DNA of 64,000 nt from a virus (taxonomy: Duplodnaviria; Caudoviricetes): positions 32,001 through 96,000 of IMG/VR virus record IMGVR_UViG_3300011890_000001, one strand, 5' to 3'. How positions within the stretch are numbered: the stretch's first letter is position 1; each line of letters begins with the position of its first letter. Below, one piece after another: positions 38,968-49,073 of the stretch. The translations under genes were made by a program, and so were the position numbers. Under the pieces are notes generated by a model, which was given only the letters and a program-made list of their open reading frames with translations, ran no database searches and was not told where the DNA came from.

Positions 38968-39695
38968 TGTAGAACTACCTTCAGTTCGCCAGTAAGTTCG
39001 GACATCGATAAAGCTAGCCTTAGCGGTCAGCGTATCCGTTATGTTCCCTCTGAATAACGAAGTCGGCGGTTCTACTCACGCACGCAGCCCCTTGAGGTGA
39101 TCACCTCAATGTTACAGTTAGATCCTAAGAATACGCGGGATCGTCAAGACCCAGAACCGGCCAACGCAACATTGCGCTCGCCGTCTGCGTTAGTTGGACT
39201 GTAGCGTTAAAGCACCAGTGTGTGCAGACGTTTAGGTTCGCCTAAGCGGCCACTTAAGGGGTTGCGTGCGTAACCAGTTTCAAGAAAGTTGTACGTTATA
39301 GATCGCCAGCGATGCTTCTTTAACGTACAGTGCGGGGCCAGGGTGATGGTGACGACGAGTCCCCACCCAGATACAGCCTCTACAGTCGCGTGTACTAACG
39401 GTGAGACGCGACGAAGTATTTGGAGTCATCGTTTCTTTAAGGGGTCCATAGTGACAACTTAATTGTATTCGATATCGCAGACGAAACCGTATGGGCTCCA
39501 CGATCGGGGGTCAAGTTGTAGTTCTTTTTAGGACGTGCAGCCTACAGACCATTCGGTAACTTCGCCTTTGTGCGGAGACTGAGTGGTCTGTGGGGTGTAG
39601 GCCTGTGTAGCCATCACCTTCGGGGTTGTTGACGTGGACGTAAGTCTACGGAGCTTCTTGGTGACCCTAGGGGGCTTCGGCTCCCTAGGGTTTTT
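38968..39695 (+). ncRNA. large structured non-coding RNA candidate (~720 nt), family unassigned
   Basis: No credible ORF; more than 10 helices, whose G-U pairs work only on the + strand; UUCG/GNRA loops; ends in a UUCG terminator with U-tract. Confidence 0.7.
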
Positions 39696-39703
39696 ATGCC
39701 GCC
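39664..39703 (+). terminator. intrinsic terminator
   Basis: accctagggggc-ttcg-gctccctagggt-TTTTATGCC. Confidence 0.85.
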
Positions 39704-39811
39704 AACCAGGTAAGGATAGTTTAAAAAAACTGAGGACCTTAGTATCTATGTGAGTGCCCAGTGTAAACCACAGGCAACGTCTAAACTACCCTTTCTAAAA
39801 AGGAATCTACA

Positions 39812-40315
39812 GTGACTGAATCCCACGAGCTCAAGTACCATCCCATGCAGTTTACTCTGCCGGCATATATCGCGTGGATCGAGGCCGAGGGGTTCGTACC
39901 GGACCTCACCATCAACGTCATCCATCCGAACGTGATGGTGCCCGAGCGTATCCTCCCGAAGAAGGCTGATCAACTTCTGATCCTGAACCTGAGCACCGCA
40001 GCAATCAGCGGCGTGGACTACAACGTGGAAGGCGTGTCCTTCAGCGCACGTTTCGGCGGTAAGTCGGAAATGGTCTTCATTCCGTACCAAGCGATGGGCG
40101 GTCTGCGGATGCGCGGCTCTAACCACTACGTTCCGCTCAACCCGGTTGCACTCGTCGCCCGTACGGTTGAAGAGTTTGGCGAGATCGTCACTTCGGCCGA
40201 CCATATCGCCAGGCACAAAGATTCGGACAAGACCGACAACAGTCAAGACAAAACCACGCCGATCGAAAGCCGTGACGGAAACGTCATCGTTGGCAATTTC
40301 GGTCGCAAGAAGTAA
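39812..40315 (+). CDS. sspB: SspB-family ClpXP adaptor
   Basis: AYIAWI...P.L.I....V.VP....ILNLS.AAI......GVSFSARFGG....FIPY.AM. Confidence 0.85.
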   Translation: MTESHELKYHPMQFTLPAYIAWIEAEGFVPDLTINVIHPNVMVPERILPKKADQLLILNLSTAAISGVDYNVEGVSFSARFGGKSEMVFIPYQAMGGLRMRGSNHYVPLNPVALVARTVEEFGEIVTSADHIARHKDSDKTDNSQDKTTPIESRDGNVIVGNFGRKK

Positions 40316-40348
40316 TCCACCCAACCTCCTACCAAAAGGTATTTGTAC

Positions 40349-41260
40349 ATGAACACCCAAAACGCCATCTCCCCGATCAACATCATTTCGGGCAAGTCCG
40401 TCGCTCTGCTGCACAGCACCTTCAATCGCAAGCTGGCCGGGGTCATCGCCATCAATGCCCGCTTCAACTTGATCGGCGGTAACCCGGCGGCAACGGCTGA
40501 CACCTCCCAGGAAGAAATCGAAGCACGCATCCGTCATCAAGCCGGCCTGATCTCTGAAGAGGCCGAAGAAACCCTGACTGCCCTGATGGCTGGCGATAAG
40601 AACGAAGTGCGCGATGGTCTGGCTGATCTCCTGGTGACCGTGTCCGGCCTGTTCCATCGTGCCTACCCGACCGAAGCACACTCCTGGGAGTTCGACACCT
40701 TCCTGATCCCGGGCCCGGTGTTCTACCCGACTGAAACCCTGATGCTCTGCATCAACTCGATCAGCAACATCGGCGCTGCCTTCAAGCAGATCGCTCATGA
40801 AGGTCGCGAGATCGACAAGGATCAGCTGCGCCAGGCCTGCTACCACCTGATGACCTTCATCAACCTGTTCGCTTCGATCTGCGGCATCCCGCTGGAGCAG
40901 GACCACGCTGCTGTCAGCCTCTCCAACCTGTCCAAGTTCGATATCGACCTGGCCAATGCTGACCTGTCGGCGGCCAAGTACGAAGCCCTCGGCCTGAAGG
41001 TTGAAATCCGCAATGTCGACTACGACGGCGTGAGCTACCATGTCGTCGTCTGCGCTGAAGATCAGGAAGTGGACGGCAAGTTCTATCCGAAGGGCAAGAT
41101 CCTGAAGAGCATCAACTTCCAGGAACCTTCCTTCGAAGAAGCTTCGATCGTTCTGCCGGTCCTGGAAAAGAAAGACGAAGAGCCGACCTCGGAAATGCCG
41201 CAGGTCGTCGAAGGTGACGTGGTGCCGGCCGGCCAGGCTGTCAACGACGACGCCCAGTAA
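40349..41260 (+). CDS. MazG-like/all-alpha NTP pyrophosphohydrolase
   Basis: LISEEAEE...EVRDGLADLLVT...SNLSKF...GKILKS..FQEP. Confidence 0.8.
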   Translation: MNTQNAISPINIISGKSVALLHSTFNRKLAGVIAINARFNLIGGNPAATADTSQEEIEARIRHQAGLISEEAEETLTALMAGDKNEVRDGLADLLVTVSGLFHRAYPTEAHSWEFDTFLIPGPVFYPTETLMLCINSISNIGAAFKQIAHEGREIDKDQLRQACYHLMTFINLFASICGIPLEQDHAAVSLSNLSKFDIDLANADLSAAKYEALGLKVEIRNVDYDGVSYHVVVCAEDQEVDGKFYPKGKILKSINFQEPSFEEASIVLPVLEKKDEEPTSEMPQVVEGDVVPAGQAVNDDAQ

Positions 41261-41314
41261 TCCACTCAGCGGCCGGTGTCAAACGCCGGCCGCTTTGCTT
41301 CAAGAGGACAATCC

Positions 41315-43945
41315 ATGAGCCAAGATGATCAGAGCATCATCCAGGTCAATCTGGAAGATGAGATGCGTAGGAGCTACCTCGACTACGCAATGAGCGTGAT
41401 CGTTGGCCGAGCTCTTCCCGATGCGCGCGATGGCCTGAAGCCGGTACATCGTCGCGTTCTGTATGCAATGAGTGAGCTGGGCGCTCATTCCAATCGCCCC
41501 CACTACAAGTCGGCACGTATTGTCGGTGACGTGATCGGTAAGTATCACCCGCACGGTGATCAGTCTGTCTACGACACGCTGGTGCGCATGGCTCAGCCTT
41601 TCTCGCTGCGCTACATGCTGGCTGATGGTCAGGGTAACTTCGGTTCGGTGGACGGTGACTCCGCCGCAGCAATGCGCTACACCGAGGCACGCATGTCTCG
41701 TATGGCCCATGAGCTGATGGCTGACCTGGACAAGGAAACCGTCGACTTCCAGCCGAACTACGATGAAAAGGAAAAGGAGCCGACGGTCATGCCGACGCGC
41801 TTCCCGAACCTGCTCATCAACGGTACCACTGGTATCGCAGTGGGTATGGCTACGAGCATTCCGCCGCACAACATGTCCGAGACCATCCGGGCGTGTATCG
41901 CACTGATCGACAATCCGGAGATCTCGATCGCCGACCTGATGGACTATATCCCCGGTCCGGATTTCCCGACTGGCGGTATCATCAACGGCACCTCCGGGAT
42001 CATCAACGCATACCACACTGGTCGTGGTCGTGTTCGCATTCGTGCCAAGGCGACGGTGGAAACCAACGAGCGTGGTCGCGAGTCCATCGTGGTTACCGAG
42101 CTGCCGTACCAGGTCAACAAGGCACGACTGATCGAGAAGATCGCCGAACTGGTGCGTGAGAAGAAGATTGCAGGTATCTCCGAACTGCGCGATGAGTCCG
42201 ACAAGGACGGTATGCGTGTGGTGATCGAAGTCAAGCGTGGCGACGCGGGCGATATCGTACTGAACAACCTGTACGCCCAGACGCAGATGGAGAACACCTT
42301 CAGCATCAATATGGTGGCGTTGGTGGATGGTCGCCCGATGACCATGAACCTGAAGCAGGTGCTGGAGACCTTCGTTCGCCATCGGCGCGTGGTGGTTACT
42401 CGCCGTTCTATCTTCGAACTGCGTAAGGCGCGTGAGCGTCTGCACCTGCTCGAAGGTCTGACGGTGGCCCTGTCCAATATCGACGAAGTGGTGGAGATCA
42501 CCAAGACGTCGGCCACCACGAACGAAGCGCGTCAGCGACTGCTGGAGCGCGATTGGGATCCTGGCGACAACGACTGGCTGCTCAGTGCACCCAAGGAAGC
42601 GCAGCCTGATGACCTGCCGGCTGGCCGAGGCATGGTGGATGGCCGCTATCGCCTGACCGACGTGCAGGCAACTCAGATCCTGGATATGCGACTGCACCGT
42701 CTGACCGGTCTGGAGCGCGACAAGATCCACAACGAGTACCGCTCGCTGTTGGAGATTGTCCAAGATCTGATCAGTATCCTCGTGAGTCCGGACGTACTGA
42801 TGGCGAAAATCCATCAGGAGCTGGAAGAAACGCTGTCTGAGTTCGGCGACGAACGACGCAGCGAGATCCGTCAGAGTGAAGAAGATCTGGACACCCTGGA
42901 TCTGATTCCGCCGGAAGAAGTCGTGGTCACGATGTCCTCGTCAGGCTATGTCAAGCGGCAGTCGGTTTCCGACTATCGTGCGCAGCGCCGTGGCGGTCAT
43001 GGGCGTTCGGCCGCAGCGACCAAGGAAGACGACACCATCGAGCAACTGTGGACGGTCAACACCCACGATACCTTGCTGGTGTTCACCAGCGCCGGCCGCG
43101 TGTTCTGGTTGCCGGTGTATCAGCTACCGGACGCAGGTTTCAACTCGCGTGGGCGTCCGATCGTCAACTGGATTGCCTTGGGTCAGGATGAGAAGGTGCA
43201 GGCGGTGCTGCCTGTCCGGGACTACAGTCCGGACAAGTACGTGCTGTTTGCGACAGCGGGTGGTACGGTCAAGAAGACGCCGCTCACTGAGTTCGCTTTC
43301 CGTCTGGCTCGCGGTAAGATGGCTATCAGTCTGAACGAAGGTGACTCGCTTGTCGGCGTGGCTCTCACCAACGGTGATTGCGACGTGCTGATGTTGGCCA
43401 CCAACGGTAAGGCCGTGCGCTTTGCTGAGTCCAACGTTCGCTCCATGGGTCGTACGGCCACCGGTGTTTGCGGCATGAAGCTCTCTGGGCACGCCCGGGT
43501 GGCTGGCATGATCGCCGTCAACGACAAGGCCGTTATGGCTCAGGTCGAAGGCGTCGAGCAGGACGAAGAAACCGCCAGCGAGCCGGTGAACGACGCCGGT
43601 CCGTTTGTCCTCGTGGCAACAGAGAACGGCTACGGTAAGCGTACTCCGTTGTCGCACTTCCCGCGCAAGGGCCGTGCAACCAGTGGTGTGATCGGTATCC
43701 AGACTACCGACCGTAACGGTCCGGTGGTTTCGGTGCGTCTGGTTGAAACCAATGACCACGTCATGTTGATTACCGACAGTGGTCGACTGGTGCGTACGCA
43801 GGTGGAAGGCATCTCCTGCGTGGGGCGCAACACTCAGGGTGTCACGCTGATTCGTCTGAAGGACGATGAGCGTCTCCAGGCGGTCGAGCGTATCGACGGC
43901 AACCTCATCCCGGTTGACGTACCGGAAGAAGTAACCGAGCAGTAA
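41315..43945 (+). CDS. gyrA: DNA gyrase subunit A
   Basis: [29 protein letters not shown] (catalytic Tyr), GyrA-box QRRGGHG, beta-pinwheel repeats; GAGGA RBS before ATG 41315. Confidence 0.97.
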   Translation: MSQDDQSIIQVNLEDEMRRSYLDYAMSVIVGRALPDARDGLKPVHRRVLYAMSELGAHSNRPHYKSARIVGDVIGKYHPHGDQSVYDTLVRMAQPFSLRYMLADGQGNFGSVDGDSAAAMRYTEARMSRMAHELMADLDKETVDFQPNYDEKEKEPTVMPTRFPNLLINGTTGIAVGMATSIPPHNMSETIRACIALIDNPEISIADLMDYIPGPDFPTGGIINGTSGIINAYHTGRGRVRIRAKATVETNERGRESIVVTELPYQVNKARLIEKIAELVREKKIAGISELRDESDKDGMRVVIEVKRGDAGDIVLNNLYAQTQMENTFSINMVALVDGRPMTMNLKQVLETFVRHRRVVVTRRSIFELRKARERLHLLEGLTVALSNIDEVVEITKTSATTNEARQRLLERDWDPGDNDWLLSAPKEAQPDDLPAGRGMVDGRYRLTDVQATQILDMRLHRLTGLERDKIHNEYRSLLEIVQDLISILVSPDVLMAKIHQELEETLSEFGDERRSEIRQSEEDLDTLDLIPPEEVVVTMSSSGYVKRQSVSDYRAQRRGGHGRSAAATKEDDTIEQLWTVNTHDTLLVFTSAGRVFWLPVYQLPDAGFNSRGRPIVNWIALGQDEKVQAVLPVRDYSPDKYVLFATAGGTVKKTPLTEFAFRLARGKMAISLNEGDSLVGVALTNGDCDVLMLATNGKAVRFAESNVRSMGRTATGVCGMKLSGHARVAGMIAVNDKAVMAQVEGVEQDEETASEPVNDAGPFVLVATENGYGKRTPLSHFPRKGRATSGVIGIQTTDRNGPVVSVRLVETNDHVMLITDSGRLVRTQVEGISCVGRNTQGVTLIRLKDDERLQAVERIDGNLIPVDVPEEVTEQ

Positions 43946-44011
43946 CCGAACGGGGCGCTGGTAAATACCAGCGCCCCTTATACCGACTACATCCTTAATG
44001 GGAACTTAGCA

Positions 44012-44878
44012 ATGCAGAATAAATTTACCCCCGAAGGTCGCTTCGACGCCATGCGCAGTGCCGATCTCCGCCTGGTAGTTACTCCCACTACCGATAAGTG
44101 GGGGTTGAACGATACGGTCCTCACCTACAGTGTGTCGAACCGCTATGATTCCCGTAAGAAAGGTAATGACCGGTTGTCCGAGGAGCGTTACCACGAGGTA
44201 AATCGTTTCCGAATTTGCCCCACCCCGCCGAAAGAGTCCGCATATCGACCCAACAGTCGTAACTCCATCGTGGTGGGCGAGTCGATGAAAGTCGCCGGTA
44301 AGACGGTACATGACTTTCACTTCCTGCGCCGCTTTGTTGAAGAAGCGGAACTGAACGTCAACAATGTCCTGGGTGTCTTTAACGCAGCCGCACACAGCGG
44401 TACGTCGGTCGAGGATATCCTCGCTTGGCTGAGTGATGAGCTGACTACTAACCTGGCCGGCACGTATACGGTCCAGCATCATCTTGGACTGAACGGTAAG
44501 CGGGATTACCACGTACCCGTCTTGATCTTCAATACCGGCAGTGGAGATGACAGTTCGAGTACTAAATTCCCTGTACCGACCTACGTCCTGTACTTGGATT
44601 ACAGCTCCAATCAGGTTTCTGTAAGTATAGCCCAGATCGAAGAGAAGTCGGTTATTTTCAAGACCGGTAGTTTCTCGACGGATCGCAGTTACAGCGAACC
44701 AGTTCCCTTTGTTGAAATGTGCGACGTAGCCGCCGAGCGTCAACAAAAAGCTCTGGATGAGCGAATGGCGGCAGCAAGAGCCTACGCTACATCGCGCGAG
44801 GACAAGTACGGCGCCTATGCAGAAGAGCAGGCTGAGAAGCTTCAGAATACCTTCGGCCTGCTGTTTAACCGCTTCTAG
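44012..44878 (+). CDS. hypothetical protein
   Basis: 288-aa ORF after the terminator at 43952-43986. Confidence 0.65.
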   Translation: MQNKFTPEGRFDAMRSADLRLVVTPTTDKWGLNDTVLTYSVSNRYDSRKKGNDRLSEERYHEVNRFRICPTPPKESAYRPNSRNSIVVGESMKVAGKTVHDFHFLRRFVEEAELNVNNVLGVFNAAAHSGTSVEDILAWLSDELTTNLAGTYTVQHHLGLNGKRDYHVPVLIFNTGSGDDSSSTKFPVPTYVLYLDYSSNQVSVSIAQIEEKSVIFKTGSFSTDRSYSEPVPFVEMCDVAAERQQKALDERMAAARAYATSREDKYGAYAEEQAEKLQNTFGLLFNRF

Positions 44879-44912
44879 CCGACCCATTTAAAACCCACTA
44901 GCAATCACAGGA

Positions 44913-45467
44913 ATGCAGATGCAAACCACAGAGAGCACCCCCGAAACCCTTGAACTTATTCATATCGTCCGCCGACTGATGACGTTCAATGAAAACAAAC
45001 GAGTTTCGACTCGCCGTCATAACGGCGAGCTTGCTGCCGAATTCTACAGGGAAACGAGCCCTGTTGGATACGGGATGGAATTCTGCAACGTCTCAGTCAC
45101 GTGCGGATTGTGGGATGAAAGTCTAAGAGCCATTGCAGTATTGGCCGACCGTCCCGACGACCTTGTCATCATCAAAGACAGGCACCACAAAGAAATCATT
45201 GACAAGATGCTGGAAGAGTTCTGTCACCGCCCCGTTGTCATTGGGATGTCCAGACGTTTCGAAGATGAACTGCGTGCCAATCCTGAAAACCTTCGCGGTG
45301 TCCCAATGGCCGATAGAGTGCCGTTGTCGCCGGATCCGGCCTGGTGCCCTCGCCGCATCTTTGTCTTCCAGTCCCACTACTTCTACAATAACAGTGCTGA
45401 CGCACGTAGCATCATTCGCTGGTGTCACGGTCGGTACAATGAGATCCCTCTGCTCGTCGGCCTCTGA
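44913..45467 (+). CDS. hypothetical protein
   Basis: In-operon ORF. Confidence 0.6.
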   Translation: MQMQTTESTPETLELIHIVRRLMTFNENKRVSTRRHNGELAAEFYRETSPVGYGMEFCNVSVTCGLWDESLRAIAVLADRPDDLVIIKDRHHKEIIDKMLEEFCHRPVVIGMSRRFEDELRANPENLRGVPMADRVPLSPDPAWCPRRIFVFQSHYFYNNSADARSIIRWCHGRYNEIPLLVGL

Positions 45468-45482
45468 TAAGGAAATCAAACA

Positions 45483-45926
45483 ATGTCAACTATCAACAAT
45501 TCCCAAGCGCTGCGCTCTTTCATGGCGATTGAGCCCTCGTTCTTCTTTGCGGCTTTCCAGGACCGCAATGCCGCGGAAGTCGAACAGCAGGGACTCCTGT
45601 GCCTCGCTTACCTCAATGCTTACCGCAAGGAGTTGGATCCGTCGCTGTCCGATCTGGTCATTGCTGACGATGAAGACTACATGACGCGTAGCAACGTGAA
45701 GATCCAGCCGCCGAAGCGTCCGGGCCCGCCGGCCAGGCTTCTGAATATTCGCAGCACGATGATGGGTAACAAGATGCATGCCTTCTCGCGCGCCAATGCG
45801 CGTGGTTCTGACGCACTTGTTCTCATCAAAGCGGCGGACGCATTGATCCGCATCATCACCTGGACGATGGAAGACTATCGTCAACCTCTTCGCTACTGTG
45901 TCAAGGAGCTGGAAGAATGCAACTGA
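45483..45926 (+). CDS. hypothetical protein
   Basis: TAAGGA RBS. Confidence 0.65.
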   Translation: MSTINNSQALRSFMAIEPSFFFAAFQDRNAAEVEQQGLLCLAYLNAYRKELDPSLSDLVIADDEDYMTRSNVKIQPPKRPGPPARLLNIRSTMMGNKMHAFSRANARGSDALVLIKAADALIRIITWTMEDYRQPLRYCVKELEECN

Positions 45927-46591
45927 GTGCGCGTACCTACCCCCAGCAAAAAGACGACATTTTCTTCACGTACAATGGCGAGCTTTGGAGTTCGTACCGA
46001 GGAAAAATTCCTCTCAGTTCGAGCAAAGTGCATCCGCTGCCCACGTCGACCCACCAGTGGCCCCACAAGCTGTCGGTTAGCCAGGTGGTACGCGCATACT
46101 GCGCCGGGTACGTGCAAGCGCCTGCGTTCATCCTTGAACACCTGAAGAAAGTCAAGGACCTGCTGCGCATGGAATACAACCAGGACGCGAGGTTCTTCTT
46201 CTTGGGCGAGCAAGGGCAGCAACGGTATATCGCCGTTGATGGGGACGTGCCGGAAATGCGCGACGTCGACGCACGTCTGACCATTCTCGATAACGGCTTA
46301 CCGTTGCAGGCGTGGGCCGAACTGAACCTGGATGGCGGTAATGTATCTGGTGACAATATCGCCAGCTACTACGCCAATCTACTGATGGCGTACAATTCGG
46401 TCTTGAGTGATTTCCGCCGTTCGGACACTGGCGGTAATGCGATTCTCATTATCCGCCGGGCCGCCGAAGCAATGGTCAGTCGCCATGTGGCACATAAAGA
46501 GCTCATCAGGTGGTGGCCGCAGGGTAATGATCGCCAGTCTTTCCAGAATGCATGCATCGCCGTACTTGCCGAAATGATCGGCGGACATTAA
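45917..46591 (+). CDS. hypothetical protein
   Basis: Overlaps the upstream stop; AAGGAG upstream. Confidence 0.65.
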   Translation: MQLSARTYPQQKDDIFFTYNGELWSSYRGKIPLSSSKVHPLPTSTHQWPHKLSVSQVVRAYCAGYVQAPAFILEHLKKVKDLLRMEYNQDARFFFLGEQGQQRYIAVDGDVPEMRDVDARLTILDNGLPLQAWAELNLDGGNVSGDNIASYYANLLMAYNSVLSDFRRSDTGGNAILIIRRAAEAMVSRHVAHKELIRWWPQGNDRQSFQNACIAVLAEMIGGH

Positions 46592-46636
46592 CTTCAACGC
46601 CGTGAGGCGCAGAGAACAAAAGTGGAATCAGAAGCA

Positions 46637-47053
46637 ATGATGAGTCGCTGGAGCGGTCGTATCCAGCGCCTCGAAAATAAAAGACAAGGTGTACCGGTAG
46701 CTCTGGTAGCTACGTATGACCGTGGGCGCGGCTTCTGCGAGACGTGCCAGTCGATGAAACCCGCACCAGCCGTTCGCAAGAAAGGTTGGACCTGTAAGGA
46801 CTGTCGAGAGAAATCAATGAGTACGCAAACGGAACCCACCTTCCAGATCACCCGATCGCAGTACAAGGCATTTTTGCAAGAGATGGTTAAAAACCCGAAG
46901 CCTGGACTGCGTCTGGGTCAGGCGTTTTTCAACTACTTCAGTCTCGGAAAGATGACTTCCGCAGCCAACAAGGATTTTGCTGACAAGATCCATGCGGCTT
47001 CGGGTGACGAAGCTGTGAAGCTGATGCTCTCGATCATCGACGACACCAACTGA
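46637..47053 (+). CDS. CxxC..CxxC zinc-ribbon protein (possible internal start at MSTQ)
   Basis: CETC...CKDC. Confidence 0.55.
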   Translation: MMSRWSGRIQRLENKRQGVPVALVATYDRGRGFCETCQSMKPAPAVRKKGWTCKDCREKSMSTQTEPTFQITRSQYKAFLQEMVKNPKPGLRLGQAFFNYFSLGKMTSAANKDFADKIHAASGDEAVKLMLSIIDDTN

Positions 47054-47162
47054 CCCACGGGCACTGGAGCGCGAAAGCGCTCCAGTGCCCTTATGGTGGT
47101 TTATTTTCTTACCTACCAGTCCTATCAATTAGAACAGTCACCATACGACGAGAAATCGACTC

Positions 47163-47528
47163 ATGAAAATGTCCCTTGTAACAACATTGTGGCGTATCAT
47201 TCTCCGCAGCTACTACCGACTACTTACTTTGGTCTTCGGTGAAGAAGAAACCAGAACGGTATTGTTGTCTGAACCCATTATTTTCAAAACAGCACATGGC
47301 GATTTCTTGGTCGCAGCGGCAAAGCGTGTGCGGGGTAGGCCGCGCAGTATCGTTTCTCCTTTCGTCAGACATGGCTATCAGGCCCTGCGGACACCAGACA
47401 CCGACGGTGGTGCGATCATCGAATATCTAGGTGGATGGATACCTGGGGATAACGAAACTATCGCTAGGGCAGAACTTAATTGGGTCGTTAACGCCATGCT
47501 CCCTTACCTTAAAAAAAAAAAAAGCTAG
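47163..47528 (+). CDS. hypothetical protein
   Basis: ORF after the terminator at 47058-47097. Confidence 0.55.
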   Translation: MKMSLVTTLWRIILRSYYRLLTLVFGEEETRTVLLSEPIIFKTAHGDFLVAAAKRVRGRPRSIVSPFVRHGYQALRTPDTDGGAIIEYLGGWIPGDNETIARAELNWVVNAMLPYLKKKKS

Positions 47529-47562
47529 TCCCGTAAACTAACGTCCTTTAGAGAGTACCATC

Positions 47563-48471
47563 ATGTCCATCCTTTCCGATACCACCATTCGTCAACTTTG
47601 CGAAAAGTCCCTCGCCGCGAAACCACTGCACGAGCTGCACGAGATCATCCGTGCAGATGACGAAATGCTGATTCGCACTTGCCGGGAAAGCGACCTTACC
47701 AAGTCGGTCGATGCAAATCTCTTCTCCTCAGAACCGCATGAGCTGGAGTCGCTGAATAAGTACGGCCTTTCCAAAAGTCAGGTTGAACTGGTTGTAAGCG
47801 AATTGGCGCAGAGCGTGTTCGAACTCCAGGACTACGGGATGATCTACCCGTTCAATCCGGGTCAAACGCGTGAAGTGGAGATGTGTGTCGACCACACGAC
47901 CTTCTCGCTCCGGGGCGGGGTGAGTCGTTTGTTGAACCAGAACCCTGAGCTGGGCGTTCAACATATTACCAAAAAGGTTATCTCATCCGGCACGACGTCC
48001 TACGGCTATGACGTCACCTTGAATGAGACTGGACTGAAGCTTTTCAGCAACCAGAACTCTACCGAGATCGACCCGAAGCGTTTCGATGCCGTGAACTGTC
48101 TGGTGGACCCAATCGTCTACACTGACATGCTCACCGGTGATCGCTACGTGCGCATCCCGCCCCACAGCTACCTGCTCGGTGTCACTCTGGAGTACTTCCG
48201 CATCCCGCGTGATATCCTGGCGATCTGTCTGGGTAAGTCCACCTATGCGCGTGCGGGCATCCTGATCAACACCACCCCGATCGAACCTGGCTTCGAAGGT
48301 AACGTGGTAATTGAAATCGCCAACACCACCCCGCTGCCGGCACGCGTCTACTTGAACGAAGGCATTGCCCAGTTCCTGTTCATGCGCGGTGATCAACCGT
48401 GCGAAGTCAGCTACGGTGACCGCGGTGGTAAGTACCAGGGCCAGACCGGCGTTCAGCTGCCTCTGGTCTAA
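47563..48471 (+). CDS. dcd: dCTP deaminase with N-terminal insertions
   Basis: [54 protein letters not shown]. Confidence 0.95.
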   Translation: MSILSDTTIRQLCEKSLAAKPLHELHEIIRADDEMLIRTCRESDLTKSVDANLFSSEPHELESLNKYGLSKSQVELVVSELAQSVFELQDYGMIYPFNPGQTREVEMCVDHTTFSLRGGVSRLLNQNPELGVQHITKKVISSGTTSYGYDVTLNETGLKLFSNQNSTEIDPKRFDAVNCLVDPIVYTDMLTGDRYVRIPPHSYLLGVTLEYFRIPRDILAICLGKSTYARAGILINTTPIEPGFEGNVVIEIANTTPLPARVYLNEGIAQFLFMRGDQPCEVSYGDRGGKYQGQTGVQLPLV

Positions 48472-48645
48472 GGGGATCCGGCGCCGTAGTTTCCGTCACT
48501 ACCCACCAGTAAAGCACAGAAGGATAACTACCGTGTCGAACATTCTTCAATTCCGCCCTCCTGTCGTTCAGCAACGCCGTCTTGAAATCTTGAATTCTGA
48601 CAAAGCTACCGACGATAACGTCGATCAGGAATGAGGGTGTAGGCA

Positions 48646-48972
48646 ATGAACAGGTCTAGCTACTCCACTGCCATCGTGGTCGAGAGACTCTTGGTGCCGA
48701 AGAAAGGTAAACTCGATCAACAGTTGAAAGAAAGTGAGGCGAGGCGATTCAAGGTCTCACGGCAACAGCTGGTTCGTTATTTCCGGGGACAGTTCGTCCA
48801 TCGGCACAAACGATCTGTCAGTCGACAGCATGCGCTGACGAACAAACCGCTGGTGTCGAGAGTAAAGCTCGATAATTGCTATCCCACGGGCTTCGGTGGA
48901 GAGACCATCAAGGTACCGAGCGACGCAGTGTTGACCACGACGCTTTCGTTCTCTGTTGCCGGGTCAAAGTAA
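48646..48972 (+). CDS. basic hypothetical protein
   Basis: GAGG RBS. Confidence 0.55.
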   Translation: MNRSSYSTAIVVERLLVPKKGKLDQQLKESEARRFKVSRQQLVRYFRGQFVHRHKRSVSRQHALTNKPLVSRVKLDNCYPTGFGGETIKVPSDAVLTTTLSFSVAGSK

Positions 48973-49073
48973 AAAGACGGACAGTAGGTAGGCGCTCCGC
49001 GAGGAGCGCCTACCTACCGGTTAATTATTTTTTAGACCCGTATCATGTTCACGATAGACTGGAGACAGAGTCA

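Noticed and set aside
39280-39501. 73-aa minus-strand ORF inside the RNA region
   Set aside because: No RBS, atypical composition; G-U pairing asymmetry points to a + strand RNA
39330-39660. Group II intron (GTGCG at 39330) or group I intron
   Set aside because: No domain V or P7-type consensus recognised, no interrupted gene, no RT or homing endonuclease nearby
38968-39695. Canonical tmRNA, suggested by the adjacent sspB
   Set aside because: No tRNA-like domain with T-arm and CCA end, and no tag frame ending in Ala-Ala; only an acceptor-like stem, reported separately as speculative
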